A DNA stretch of 64,000 nt from Candidatus Latescibacterota bacterium (GTDB taxonomy: Bacteria; Latescibacterota; UBA2968; UBA8231). The translations under genes and the position numbers were made by a program. Numbering within the stretch: the first letter of the stretch is position 1; every line of letters begins with the position of its first letter. The stretch is taken from NCBI GenBank assembly GCA_965205655.1, contig CBDBIJ010000015.1, positions 32,001 to 96,000 on the forward strand. The letters are read 5' to 3'. This document shows, in pieces, positions 51,885 to 61,367 of this stretch. The notes under the pieces are model-generated. The model was given only the letters and a program-made list of their open reading frames with translations. It searched no databases and had not been told where the DNA came from.

Positions 51885-52491
51885 TCATCCCGCTTCACCC
51901 TTTTCGGCCAGGAGCCGCACGATGGCGGCCGTCTTCCCCTCCCCCTGCTCGGACGCCGGGACCTCTGAATCCTCGTAGTGACGAATTCGCCAGCTCCCGA
52001 AGGCTTCGAGAACGTTAGACCCATCGGCCAGATGGTCGGGATTGCGCGGACCCCAGTCTCGGTTCAGTTGATCTGTGGAGAAGGTTTGGATCAGAAAGTG
52101 ACCCGCCGGTCTGACAGCAGATCGAATGCCCGGAAAGAGGCTCTCATCATATGTAGTAGAGCATGGTAATCAGGTCGTAGGCGTCTCTGCCCATGTCGTA
52201 GTCGTTCATATCGGCCACTACGGCCTCGACCTCGACACCGCGATCACGGGCCAGATCCTCACACAAGGCCACACCCCTCTCCGAGATGTCGACGGCGGTA
52301 ACAGCGAAGCCTCGCTCCGCGAGGAATACGGCATTGCGACCACAGCCGACGGCGATGCAGAGGGCGCGGCCAGCCGCAAGGGACGCGCTCACCTCGACGA
52401 GGAAGGGATCCGGGTCGGTGGCCGGGATGTAGTCGGCCGCACCGTAGCGGTCGTCCCACTTTCGCCTCGCCGCGGCCGCGTGCCCACCCAC
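51885..52491 (-). CDS. Class I SAM-dependent methyltransferase (TehB-like); frameshift near 52150
   Basis: KWDDRY...GRALCIAVGCGRNAVFLAERGF.VTAVDIS...YDLITMLYY. Removing one base continues as YDESLFPGIRSAVRPAGHFLIQTF...GPRNPDHL...AIVRLLAEK to TGA at 51885. Confidence 0.78.
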
Positions 52492-54015
52492 TTCTACTGG
52501 CCTCAATGCGGTGCTGATTCTCGACGAATCTCGCGTACCGCGGGTGTCACTTTCGATACTATTTTGACAAACAACCGAATTCAATGGACGTTTTGAGAAT
52601 TCTCCTGCTCGGCTACTCAAATTCGCCTCATTATCCGCACTTGGGATAAACGATGACGGAAGTCTCCGACGCCAGCCCGGCGCGCGAAGTATTCTACGCC
52701 ATTCTGGGCGAGCCCATTCCCAAGAATACGAATCTCCTGCGAACGGCCGCCGAGTACCGCCACTTTCGCACCATCTACGCGGCCCAGAAGCAGCTCAATG
52801 AGCTGATGAAGAGTTCGAGCCTCGACGCCGAGGTCCGGCTCATCATGATCGACCGGACGTCGGATATCCCGCGCAAGCTCTGGGACCTGTCCCACGCCAC
52901 CTGTGTCATCATCTTCGGCCCGAACTTTCCGTGGCTCAGCGAGGCCACCATCCGTCTGTGGGCCACATCCGGCCGAGACCGATTCATCGTCGTGTGCCAC
53001 GAACCGAAGAACGCCCTGTTCACATGGGATCGACTCCGCGAAATCGGTGACCAGCTGAATGTGAAGGGGTACCAATCTGCTACCAATGAAGAGGATTCGA
53101 ACAGCTTCTGGCTCGGTTTCTTCAACGAGCAGCTGAGACCCCTCATCGAGCAGAAGGCGGCCATGTCGAAGCAAGACATCGCCCAGTACAGCCGGTCTCT
53201 GAGTGGCCAGGAAGTGTCAGACGTGCTGGCGAACGACCATGAAGCCATGAGATATCCTTCCCGGCTTTCCCCACATCTGCCGCAGAGCCATTCAGGCCAT
53301 CGACGAGGACAAATCTCATACGGCCGTTGCCAGAATCATCGAGCCGGATGGCGCGCTCCAAGCCTCCATTGTCAGGACTTCGAATCTGGCACGCTACGGG
53401 GCCCGCGAGCGCATCGAGACGCTGCCGACCGCTCTCGCCATGATCGGCATGCAGGAGACCCGCAAGATTCTCACTAGCAAGGCGATGAGCGACCTCACCC
53501 GCAAGGTCGATCAGGCCGGCTTCGTCACCAAGGATTTCTTCTCCCACAGCGTCAGCGTCGGACACATGGCGCAGATTCTCAGCCTCAACCTCGATGCCCC
53601 ATCGGACAAGGAAAAGGAGATTCTCAAGGGCCTCGACTTGCCGCCCTTCATCATCGATACCGTGCGGCGGTTCAAATACTGGTCCCTCTTCGATCTGGAC
53701 GAGAAGTTCGACGCATTCACGGCGGGAATTCTCCACGATGTGGGAAAAATCCTCAACACGGTGTGTTACAAGGACACTTATCCGCTCATCCTCTACGAGA
53801 TCGAACGAAGCAAGTGGCAGGTGCGGCTGCTCGATTGCGAGGTCTCCGTCGTCGGCAACCTCCAGCACCCGGTAACGAGCGGCGCCCTCCTCGAGCGCTG
53901 GGAGGTGTTCCCCCACCTCGTCGAGCCCATCCGCGGCCACCACAGAGTCGAGGAGTACAGTCTGCCCGAGACTGTCCTCGTAGCGTTGTCCAACTGCCTT
54001 GTGAAAGGAAGCGGG

Positions 54016-55262
54016 GGTATATTCAATCGGTCAATGCAACATTCTCCCCACTAATCTAATCATAGGAGATGTTGCACATGGCTCAAATGGGACGACCAGG
54101 ATTGTCCGCGTCACAGAAGTTGGAGGTATGGCGTCGATGGAAGAGCGGCCAGTCGCATAGCGATATTGGTCGGGCGCTCGGGAAGCATCCGGCGTCGATT
54201 CATGGTGTCATCACCGCCAATGGGGGCATCGTACCAATGCCGCGTCGACGCTCTCGATGGGCTCTTGGCTGGGAAGAGCGTGAAGAGATCTCTCGAGGTA
54301 TCGCTGCGGGAAAATCGATACGAATAATTGCGGCCGCTGTTGAGCGTGCACCCTCGACGGTTAGCCGAGAGATTGCCCGCAATGGCGGGCGGCAAAGGTA
54401 CCGAGCAAACGTCGCCGACCAAGCAGCCTGGACGCGCGCCAGCCGGCCGAAATGCTGCCGACTCGCATCCAATCTTCGTTTGCGGCGAGTCGTGGCGGAC
54501 AAGCTACGCCTGAAGTGGTCACCTGAGCAGATATCGGGATGGCTGAAGCGGGAGTATGCGCTTTTAGGAAATATGCAGATATCCCACGAAACGATCTATC
54601 GAACTCTCTTCATCCAGGCACGCGGGGCACTCAACAAGGACCTCATTGCGCATCTGCGGACGCGAAGGATGATGCGGCGATCCAAGAAGGCAAGCACACG
54701 CGATCAGCCGAGAGGCCGGATCGTCGACGCCGTATCCATCAGCGAGCGGCCTGCCGAGATCGAGGACCGCGCCGTTCCCGGCCACTGGGAGGGAGACTTG
54801 ATCTCGGGGTCGAACAACACGCACATCGCCACGTTGGTGGAGCGGCAGTCTCGGTTCACGATGCTCGTGAAGCTCAACGGCAAAGACACCGAGACCGTTG
54901 TCAGAGCGCTGATCAGCCAGGTGAAACGACTCCCCTCCGCGGTGCGGTTGTCCCTTACCTGGGATCGAGGAATGGAGCTAGCTCGGCACAAGGAGTTCTC
55001 GATCGCAACTGACGTCGAGGTGTATTTCTGTGATCCTCAGAGTCCCTGGCAACGAGGCACAAATGAGAACACGAATCGCCTTCTTCGACAGTACTTCCCG
55101 AGGAAGACCGATCTGTCGCCATTCTCCCAAGCCGACCTGAACAGAGTCGCTCTTCAACTGAACCAGCGCCCGCGGAAGACGTTGGGGTTCGTTTCACCCG
55201 CAGAACGCTTCAATGAAGGTGTTGCGTTGACGAAGGTGTTGCGTTGACTGGTTGAACTCGCG
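54016..55262 (+). mobile_element. IS30-family insertion sequence (second, distinct element)
   Basis: IRs ...TTCAATCGGTCAATGCAACA / ...TTCAACCAGTCAACGCAACA. No clear TSD, so the ends are uncertain by a few bp. Confidence 0.85.
54069..55247 (+). CDS. IS30-family transposase (long form, double HTH)
   Basis: WSPEQISG, ISHETIY, GHWEGDL, TWDRGMEL, PWQRGTNENTNRLLRQY and NQRPRKTLGF. Confidence 0.96.
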   Translation: MLHMAQMGRPGLSASQKLEVWRRWKSGQSHSDIGRALGKHPASIHGVITANGGIVPMPRRRSRWALGWEEREEISRGIAAGKSIRIIAAAVERAPSTVSREIARNGGRQRYRANVADQAAWTRASRPKCCRLASNLRLRRVVADKLRLKWSPEQISGWLKREYALLGNMQISHETIYRTLFIQARGALNKDLIAHLRTRRMMRRSKKASTRDQPRGRIVDAVSISERPAEIEDRAVPGHWEGDLISGSNNTHIATLVERQSRFTMLVKLNGKDTETVVRALISQVKRLPSAVRLSLTWDRGMELARHKEFSIATDVEVYFCDPQSPWQRGTNENTNRLLRQYFPRKTDLSPFSQADLNRVALQLNQRPRKTLGFVSPAERFNEGVALTKVLR

Positions 55263-55820
55263 TACCCCTTCCCACGCATCATCAGCATTCCCGAAGAATA
55301 CCGCTCCGTCCATCTCTATCCCGTCTCTGACGAGTTCCCCCTCGGCAATCCGCTGGCGGACCTGTTCCGCAAAGCCTGCACGCTCTTCGAGCGCCACGAG
55401 GACGAGCTTCAGCTATCGAACCGCGAGCTCGACACCGGGGAATACAGCGCCGAAAGTCTGGAGGGATTTATCGGATGCGCTCGGGCAGCCGTGGAGGTGG
55501 ACCCCAGAAGCTACAGCGAAGCGCTCTACGCTCAGAACCCGGAGATGCTCGACATCGTCGAGTGGACGAAGGTGTCCGCCGACGACTGGTTCGCGTTCAG
55601 CCTCTTGATGCGCAACACGATCGTCGAGATGGTGAACCGGCTGCTGCAGAATACGAGATAGGCAATATACCGTTGGCGAGCTCCACTCGCCGTCTTTCCA
55701 GGGCGCGCATACGCGGCCCACTCATTTTCTTTCCGCCGCCTCCCAGAGAATCACAACCCGCACTGAAAAGTGTGAGGATGTAGGTCTGCGTTTGCTCGAA
55801 CGAGCGCTCGGCACGATAGG

Positions 55821-56015
55821 GGGATCGAGGCCGAACGCCTGCGCCGCATCTTCGACTTCGCACGGTCCTCGTCGACGGTGAAGATGGGGTTTGGGCTAGC
55901 GACCGCCTACAGCGTCATTCGGGAACACGACGGCGCTATTCACATCGACAGCACCGTGGGCGAAGGCACAACGGTGAGCGTCCGGCTGCCGCGGCGGCAG
56001 AGTGGGAACAGCTGA
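55821..56015 (+). pseudogene. Histidine-kinase HATPase_c C-terminal remnant
   Basis: Manual translation gives GIEAERLRRIFDF...KMGFGLATAYSVIREHDGAIHIDSTVGEGTTVSVRLP...* (F and G2 boxes). No upstream N/H boxes. Confidence 0.7.
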
Positions 56016-56111
56016 TGAGACGGACACCAGTGGCGCAAAATCGAGACGAAAGACTCGCGCAAGGAAATGAGAAGACAGTACGGTTGAGGGATTGACAGAT
56101 GGGGGTGACGA

Positions 56112-56333
56112 CTACTCGAGCTCGGCGAGGACCTCGTCCATCGACCACAGCCGCTCCGCATCTTCCAGAAGGGCCTGAATTATGAATGGGTGAGCCTTCA
56201 CGGTCTGGGTATCGACGAACTCGAACCCGGGGGCCCAGTTGCCGTTTCTGTCTTTTACGTACATGGCCTTGTCTTCAATGACGGTGATTTCGTCAGCTCG
56301 GCCATGAGCATCTCGGTAGCGGTAATGTGGCAT
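56112..56333 (-). CDS. Small hypothetical protein (73 aa)
   Basis: Strong SD AAGGAGGT 6 nt before ATG 56333; MPHYRYRDAHGRADEITVIEDK... Confidence 0.75.
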   Translation of the reverse strand: MPHYRYRDAHGRADEITVIEDKAMYVKDRNGNWAPGFEFVDTQTVKAHPFIIQALLEDAERLWSMDEVLAELE

Positions 56334-56375
56334 TGGAGCACCTCCTTCAATTGTGCTGCCTCTGCCCAGCATACT

Positions 56376-56392
56376 AACAAATAGCGTGCCAG
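56376..56392 (-). promoter_or_regulatory. Putative sigma54 (-24/-12) promoter
   Basis: CTGGCACGCTATTTGTT versus consensus YTGGCACGRNNNTTGCW (GG-N10-GT), about 43 nt upstream of the small gene. Confidence 0.6.
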
Positions 56393-56845
56393 ACTGACCA
56401 GCTCTCCTCGTCTCCCGATTACCAGGGTCTTAAGGCCTGTAGGCACTGGCGCTTCTCCAGTAGCCGCACACAGAGCCTCCCCTTATCCGGGTATATCGGG
56501 ATTTCCCGAAAATACGTGAGCGACAATCGGAGCGACCGCCGGGTGGGAATCGATGGTGGTTGCGCAATTCGTTGTGAAAGCACGAGTTAGAGTCGGAGCC
56601 GCGGCTGAATCGCGAATCGATCGATCGTTTGTGGGCGTTCTGCAGAGCTTGAAAAAACTGAGGTCTATTTCAGGTTTTTGACGCGTCGGAGAGGTGGTCT
56701 GAACGGGAACGATCGTTTACATGACTGTGCGTCTATGTTCACAAAGCTGCCAGTCACTCGCGGGGCGCTGAATTGAGCTGTCCTCACTGCCGCCAAGGGT
56801 GAAGAAAAAGGTGGATTTGCCCCTTTCTTGGGGGGTTGAACCCTC

Positions 56846-56861
56846 TGTGAGCCGGCTCACA
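56846..56861. promoter_or_regulatory. CRP/FNR-family-type operator
   Basis: Perfect palindrome TGTGA-GCCGGC-TCACA, matching the TGTGA-N6-TCACA consensus, in an intergenic region. Confidence 0.55.
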
Positions 56862-57047
56862 AGCCGTGATTCGATGATGTGCCTGCGGCCGAATTCGCCA
56901 CTGCCCTGTCGCGGTAGGTTTGTTTCCGTCCATCTTTCCCTTGCACGCTTAGACGATTTGCCGTACAACCTGACCACACCGTCGTATCCGGCTCCAAACT
57001 CTTCCTGAGCCGGTGTGGAAATCCTCTGAAAGGAAGCCTGCGAACGC

Positions 57048-58082
57048 ATGAGCGATTCGACGTACACGTCCGGAATCATCGGCCTCGGATTCATCGGCGC
57101 TGGCGATCAGGTCTCCGGCGACGCCCTGGGTCAGCGGGTGGATGATCTGGGCGGCACGCACTATTCCGCCTACGCCAACCACCCTCGCGTCGAGCTGGTG
57201 GCGGGCAGCAGTCGGGACTCTGGTAGGCGCGAACGGTTCGAGGCCAGAGCCGGTGTCAAGACCTACCCCGACTGGCGCGTCCTGCTCGAGGAAGAGCAGC
57301 TGGACATCGTCAGCGTCGCCACCTACGCCCCGCAGCACGCCGAAATAACCGTCGCCTGTGCCGAGAAAGGCGTGCGCGCCATCTATTGCGAAAAACCGAT
57401 CGCCACACTGATGGCCGATGCGGAACAGATGGTCGCCGCCTGCCAAAAGGCCGGCTCGCTGCTCGTGATCAATCACCAGCGTCGCTTTGATGACACCTAT
57501 CACCGACTGCGCCAGCTCATCGCCGAGGGCGGCCTGGGGGAGCTGAGCTCCGTGTCGGCGCATTGGTCCGGCGGACGGCTGGGAAACGTCGGGACTCACA
57601 TATTCGACACTTTGCAGATGGTCACGTCCCGTCGCATCGAGGCCGCGTGCGGACGCCTCGACCTGGCCGGAAAACCGGACTGCCGAGGGCCCGAGTTCGC
57701 CGATCCGGGAGGGCAAGGGATGATCCGCTTCGAGGGTGGACTTCTGGGCTTCGTGGACGCCCCCGATTACGGGTTTGTCGCGGGGACCATTTCTGTCATC
57801 GGAACAGAGGGCCGGGCTGTGATCACCGGGCCTGTGATGGCGATCGAGCTCAGGAACGGCACGTCTCAAGAGTGGACGCAGAGCAACTCCGGGATGGATG
57901 GAGCCACGTCTGAGATCGTCGACTACCTCGACGGCGAGGCCGCCTTTCCATACGATGTCGGCGAGGCAGTGCGGACCCTCGAGGTCATCGTCGCCTTTCA
58001 CGCTTCGCACACCCGCGACGGCGCCTGGACTCAGCTCCCCCTCACAGGTGCGGACCGCGAGATTATCGTCAACAGCGGCTGA
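57048..58082 (+). CDS. Gfo/Idh/MocA-family oxidoreductase
   Basis: GIIGLGFIG, DIVSVAT, IYCEKPIA, NHQRRF and NVGTHIFD. Confidence 0.92.
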   Translation: MSDSTYTSGIIGLGFIGAGDQVSGDALGQRVDDLGGTHYSAYANHPRVELVAGSSRDSGRRERFEARAGVKTYPDWRVLLEEEQLDIVSVATYAPQHAEITVACAEKGVRAIYCEKPIATLMADAEQMVAACQKAGSLLVINHQRRFDDTYHRLRQLIAEGGLGELSSVSAHWSGGRLGNVGTHIFDTLQMVTSRRIEAACGRLDLAGKPDCRGPEFADPGGQGMIRFEGGLLGFVDAPDYGFVAGTISVIGTEGRAVITGPVMAIELRNGTSQEWTQSNSGMDGATSEIVDYLDGEAAFPYDVGEAVRTLEVIVAFHASHTRDGAWTQLPLTGADREIIVNSG

Positions 58083-58103
58083 GAGCGGCAGTGGGAGAGA
58101 AGA

Positions 58104-58826
58104 ATGTTCGGTGAGATCACCAACCGCCAAGGCGAGCGGCTGGATTATGCCTTTCACGAGGGCGACGGCTCGAAGCGCGTCGTCGTTCTCGGGCACGGTG
58201 TCACCGGCAACAAGGATCGGCCCTTTCTGGTGCATCTCGCTGAAGGTCTCGCCGGGGCGGGTGTCGCCGCGCTTCGGTTTTCGTTCGCCGGCAACGGAGA
58301 GTCCGGCGGTGGATTCGTGGACTCCACGATTTCGAAAGAGGTTGACGATCTCGGATCTGTTCTCGACGTCCTCGAGGGGTACACCGTGTGCTACGGTGGA
58401 CACAGCATGGGGGGCGCCGTCGGAGTCCTGCGCGCCACCGAGGACGAGCGCATACGCTACCTCGTCTCTCTGGCTGGCATGGTGCATACGGAGGCCTTCG
58501 CCGCCCGCGAGTTCGGGGACGTGAAGCCGGATGAGGGAAACATGTGGGACGACGCCGATTGTCCCCTGTCGCAGGCGTACATGGACGATTTGTCCGCGAT
58601 CGACACGGTCGTCGAGTACGGCGGGCGCATCGCCGTTCCATGGCTTCTCGTCCACGGTACCGACGACGACGTGGTGCCGCTGCAGGATTCACGCGACATC
58701 TTTGCGAGGGCGCCCGAGCCGAAGCAGCTTGTGGAAATCGACGCGGGCGACCACGTCTTCAGCGGCGACGCGGCCCCGATGATGACCAAAGTCGTCGTCG
58801 AATGGGTCAAGGGCAGCATGGCCTAG
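58104..58826 (+). CDS. Alpha/beta hydrolase
   Basis: HGVTGNKD, GHSMGG nucleophile elbow, HGTDDDVVP and GDHVF triad motifs. Confidence 0.92.
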   Translation: MFGEITNRQGERLDYAFHEGDGSKRVVVLGHGVTGNKDRPFLVHLAEGLAGAGVAALRFSFAGNGESGGGFVDSTISKEVDDLGSVLDVLEGYTVCYGGHSMGGAVGVLRATEDERIRYLVSLAGMVHTEAFAAREFGDVKPDEGNMWDDADCPLSQAYMDDLSAIDTVVEYGGRIAVPWLLVHGTDDDVVPLQDSRDIFARAPEPKQLVEIDAGDHVFSGDAAPMMTKVVVEWVKGSMA

Positions 58827-58833
58827 CCTGCGA

Positions 58834-59679
58834 ATGCTGAAACTCGCTGCCCTCTGGTCTGTCGGAATCAGCGCCGCCGGCGTCTATGCCGCCTACTGTG
58901 GTCTGCTGTTCGTCTCGCAGCGGTGGATGCTTTTCCCCGGTGATCGCCTCGTCGGGTCCAACTCCGCAGCTCCCGACCACGCCGAAGTTGTGTGGCTGGA
59001 CATGCAGTTCGGTCGGGTTGAGTCGTGGTACTTCGCTCCTGAGACACCGGCTCCGTCAGTTCTTTCCGCGCGACTCCCCCTCGTCATCGCCGCACACGGT
59101 AACGGCGAACTCATCGATACATTTCCGGTCGAGTTTCGCGGCTTTCTCGAGCTTGGAATGGCCGTCTTGCTCGTCGAGTACCCTGGATACGGCCGCTCTG
59201 ACGGATCTCCCTCTCAGGAGACGGTGACGGAGGTCCTCGTCGCCGCCTACGATACCATGGCTGCCCGCGGTGATATCGACGCGGGCCGCATCGTCTTGTT
59301 CGGTCGCTCGCTCGGCGGCGGTGCCGTGTGCGCGCTGGCGGCCGAGCGTGACGCGGCGGCACTCATCCTGTTGTCCACCTTTACGAGCATCCGCTCAATG
59401 GCTCGCCGCTTTTTGGCCCCCTCCTTTCTCGTTCGCGATTCCTTCGATAATCTCGAGGTCGTGAAGTCTTACGCCGGACCCGTTCTCGTCATCCACGGCT
59501 CGCAGGATAGGTTGATCCCCCATTCCCACGGCCTGAAATTAGGTGAGGCGGCCAGCAGGGGTAGCATGGTGACCTATGATTGCAATCACGGAAACTGCCC
59601 GCGCGACTGGGACCAGTTCTGGGGCGACGTCGCCGGGTTTCTGACGACCGAACGCATCCTTACGCGGTCACAACCGTGA
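58834..59679 (+). CDS. Membrane-anchored alpha/beta hydrolase (ABHD13/Bem46-like)
   Basis: N-terminal TM, HGNGE, EYPGYGRSDG, GRSLGG, HGSQDRLIP and C-terminal His. Confidence 0.9.
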   Translation: MLKLAALWSVGISAAGVYAAYCGLLFVSQRWMLFPGDRLVGSNSAAPDHAEVVWLDMQFGRVESWYFAPETPAPSVLSARLPLVIAAHGNGELIDTFPVEFRGFLELGMAVLLVEYPGYGRSDGSPSQETVTEVLVAAYDTMAARGDIDAGRIVLFGRSLGGGAVCALAAERDAAALILLSTFTSIRSMARRFLAPSFLVRDSFDNLEVVKSYAGPVLVIHGSQDRLIPHSHGLKLGEAASRGSMVTYDCNHGNCPRDWDQFWGDVAGFLTTERILTRSQP

Positions 59680-61364
59680 AGTTCTCCCCCAGTCTCATCG
59701 CCTACTTCTTCGGCAGCCGGAAAATGCGGCGCAACCTCATTGTGCTGTCGCGTTTTCTTGCCGCCCTCCTGTTTCTCACGGCTCTCTACAGTGTGGGCTT
59801 CCACTATCTCATGGCCAGGGAAGGTCATGATCACACCTGGTTCACAGGCGTGTACTGGACCCTCACAGTGATGTCCACGCTCGGGTTCGGAGACATCACT
59901 TTTCAGTCCGATCTCGGGCGGGCGTTTTCCGTGATCGTCCTGCTTTCCGGATCCGTATTCATGCTCATTCTCCTGCCGTTTACCTTCCTCCAGTTTTTTT
60001 GGAACCCTTGGACGGAGGCGCAGAGAGCCGCACAAGCGCCGCGGCAGGTGGCACCTGAGGTTCGCGATCACATTGTGTTGACGCACCACGATCTGGTGAC
60101 GAGCGCCTTCATCGACAGGCTCGGTCAATTCAACTACACCTACAGGCTCATCGTCCCGGATACAGCAGAGGCCGTGCGCTTGAGCGACGAAGGCATCGAC
60201 GTCGTCGGCGGCGAGCTCGACGATCTCAATACCTACAAGCGAGTCGGCGTGGAGCGCGCCGCTCTCGTAGTGACGACGGACACGGATATGGTCAACGCGT
60301 CCGTGGCCTCGACAATCCGATCGATTACCGGAGACGTGCCAATCATCGCCACAGCAGACCTGGTCGACTCTGTCGACGTGCTGCAGCTGGCCGGCAGTAC
60401 CCATGTCGTCCAGCTCGCGGAGATGCTCGGTCAATCTATGGTGCGTCGGATCAGTGGTGGGGACGCCATGTCCCATGTCATCGGCGAGTTCGATGCGCTT
60501 CAGATCGCCGAGGCCACGGCAGCGCGCACTCCGCTTGTGGGAAAAACCCTGGCGGAATCCGGTCTGCGTCAGCTCGTCGGCGTGAACGTGATCGGCGTGT
60601 GGGAGCGCGGCCACTTTGAGACGGCACACAACGAGACCATCGTCAATGAAAACACCGTCCTCGTGTTGGCCGGCTCACCGGAGCAGCTGAACACCTATGA
60701 CGAGCTGTTTGCGATCTACAACCAGTCCGAGCGGCCCGTCATCATCGTCGGGGCCGGAAGAGTTGGCCGGGCCACGGCGAAGGCGTTGGAGGCACGACAG
60801 CTCGACTACCGAATCGTCGAACAGGATACCGGGCGCGCCGGTGACGAGCGCTACGTGTGGGGCTCCGCCGCCGACCTCGCCGTCCTGAAGCGCGCTGGAA
60901 TCGACACGGCTCCGACGGTTGTACTGACGGCCCGCGACGACGAGACGAACGTCTATCTCGCCATCTATTGCCGCAGCCTGCGGCCGGACATTCAGATCAT
61001 AGCCCGCGCGAACAACGAGCGAAACATTCAGACTCTGCACCGAGCCGGCACCGACTTCGTGCTGTCGTACGCCTCCATGGGAGCCAGCATCATGCTCAAT
61101 CTTCTGCAGAGGAGCAGCACCCTATTGATCGCCGAGGGACTGGACGTGTTTCGAGTACCCGTGCCCGGCTCACTGGCACGCCGATCGATCGCCGAGTCCT
61201 CGATCAGGCCCCGGACGGGTTGCTCCGTGGTTGCCATCGCTGTGGATGGAGAGACCCACGTGAACCCCGATCCCTTTGATCCCCTCCCCGACAAAGGAGA
61301 GATCATCCTCATCGGCACGGCGGCGGGAGAGCGGAAGTTTCTCGAGCAATTCGCTCCCGCGTGA
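59676..61364 (+). CDS. Two-TM potassium channel with tandem RCK (TrkA-N/TrkA-C x2) domains
   Basis: TVMSTLGFGD selectivity filter, IIVGAGRVG Rossmann motif and two TrkA-C segments. GTG start overlaps the upstream TGA. Confidence 0.9.
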   Translation: MKFSPSLIAYFFGSRKMRRNLIVLSRFLAALLFLTALYSVGFHYLMAREGHDHTWFTGVYWTLTVMSTLGFGDITFQSDLGRAFSVIVLLSGSVFMLILLPFTFLQFFWNPWTEAQRAAQAPRQVAPEVRDHIVLTHHDLVTSAFIDRLGQFNYTYRLIVPDTAEAVRLSDEGIDVVGGELDDLNTYKRVGVERAALVVTTDTDMVNASVASTIRSITGDVPIIATADLVDSVDVLQLAGSTHVVQLAEMLGQSMVRRISGGDAMSHVIGEFDALQIAEATAARTPLVGKTLAESGLRQLVGVNVIGVWERGHFETAHNETIVNENTVLVLAGSPEQLNTYDELFAIYNQSERPVIIVGAGRVGRATAKALEARQLDYRIVEQDTGRAGDERYVWGSAADLAVLKRAGIDTAPTVVLTARDDETNVYLAIYCRSLRPDIQIIARANNERNIQTLHRAGTDFVLSYASMGASIMLNLLQRSSTLLIAEGLDVFRVPVPGSLARRSIAESSIRPRTGCSVVAIAVDGETHVNPDPFDPLPDKGEIILIGTAAGERKFLEQFAPA

Positions 61365-61367
61365 GGC

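Larger units (their letters stand above)
52653..55661 (+). pseudogene. HDOD-domain signalling protein, frameshifted near 53250 and interrupted by IS30
   Basis: After the frameshift: LPGFPHICRRA...IIEPDGALQASIVRTSN...HSVSVG...LHDVGK...HPVTSG...LVKG. Coding sequence resumes after the IS as YPFPRIISIPEEY...RLLQNTR* (stop 55659-55661). Confidence 0.82.

Noticed and set aside
52144..52152. TGA-TGA in the methyltransferase as possible selenocysteine or readthrough
   Set aside because: The homologous-looking continuation is in a different frame, so this is an indel rather than recoding.
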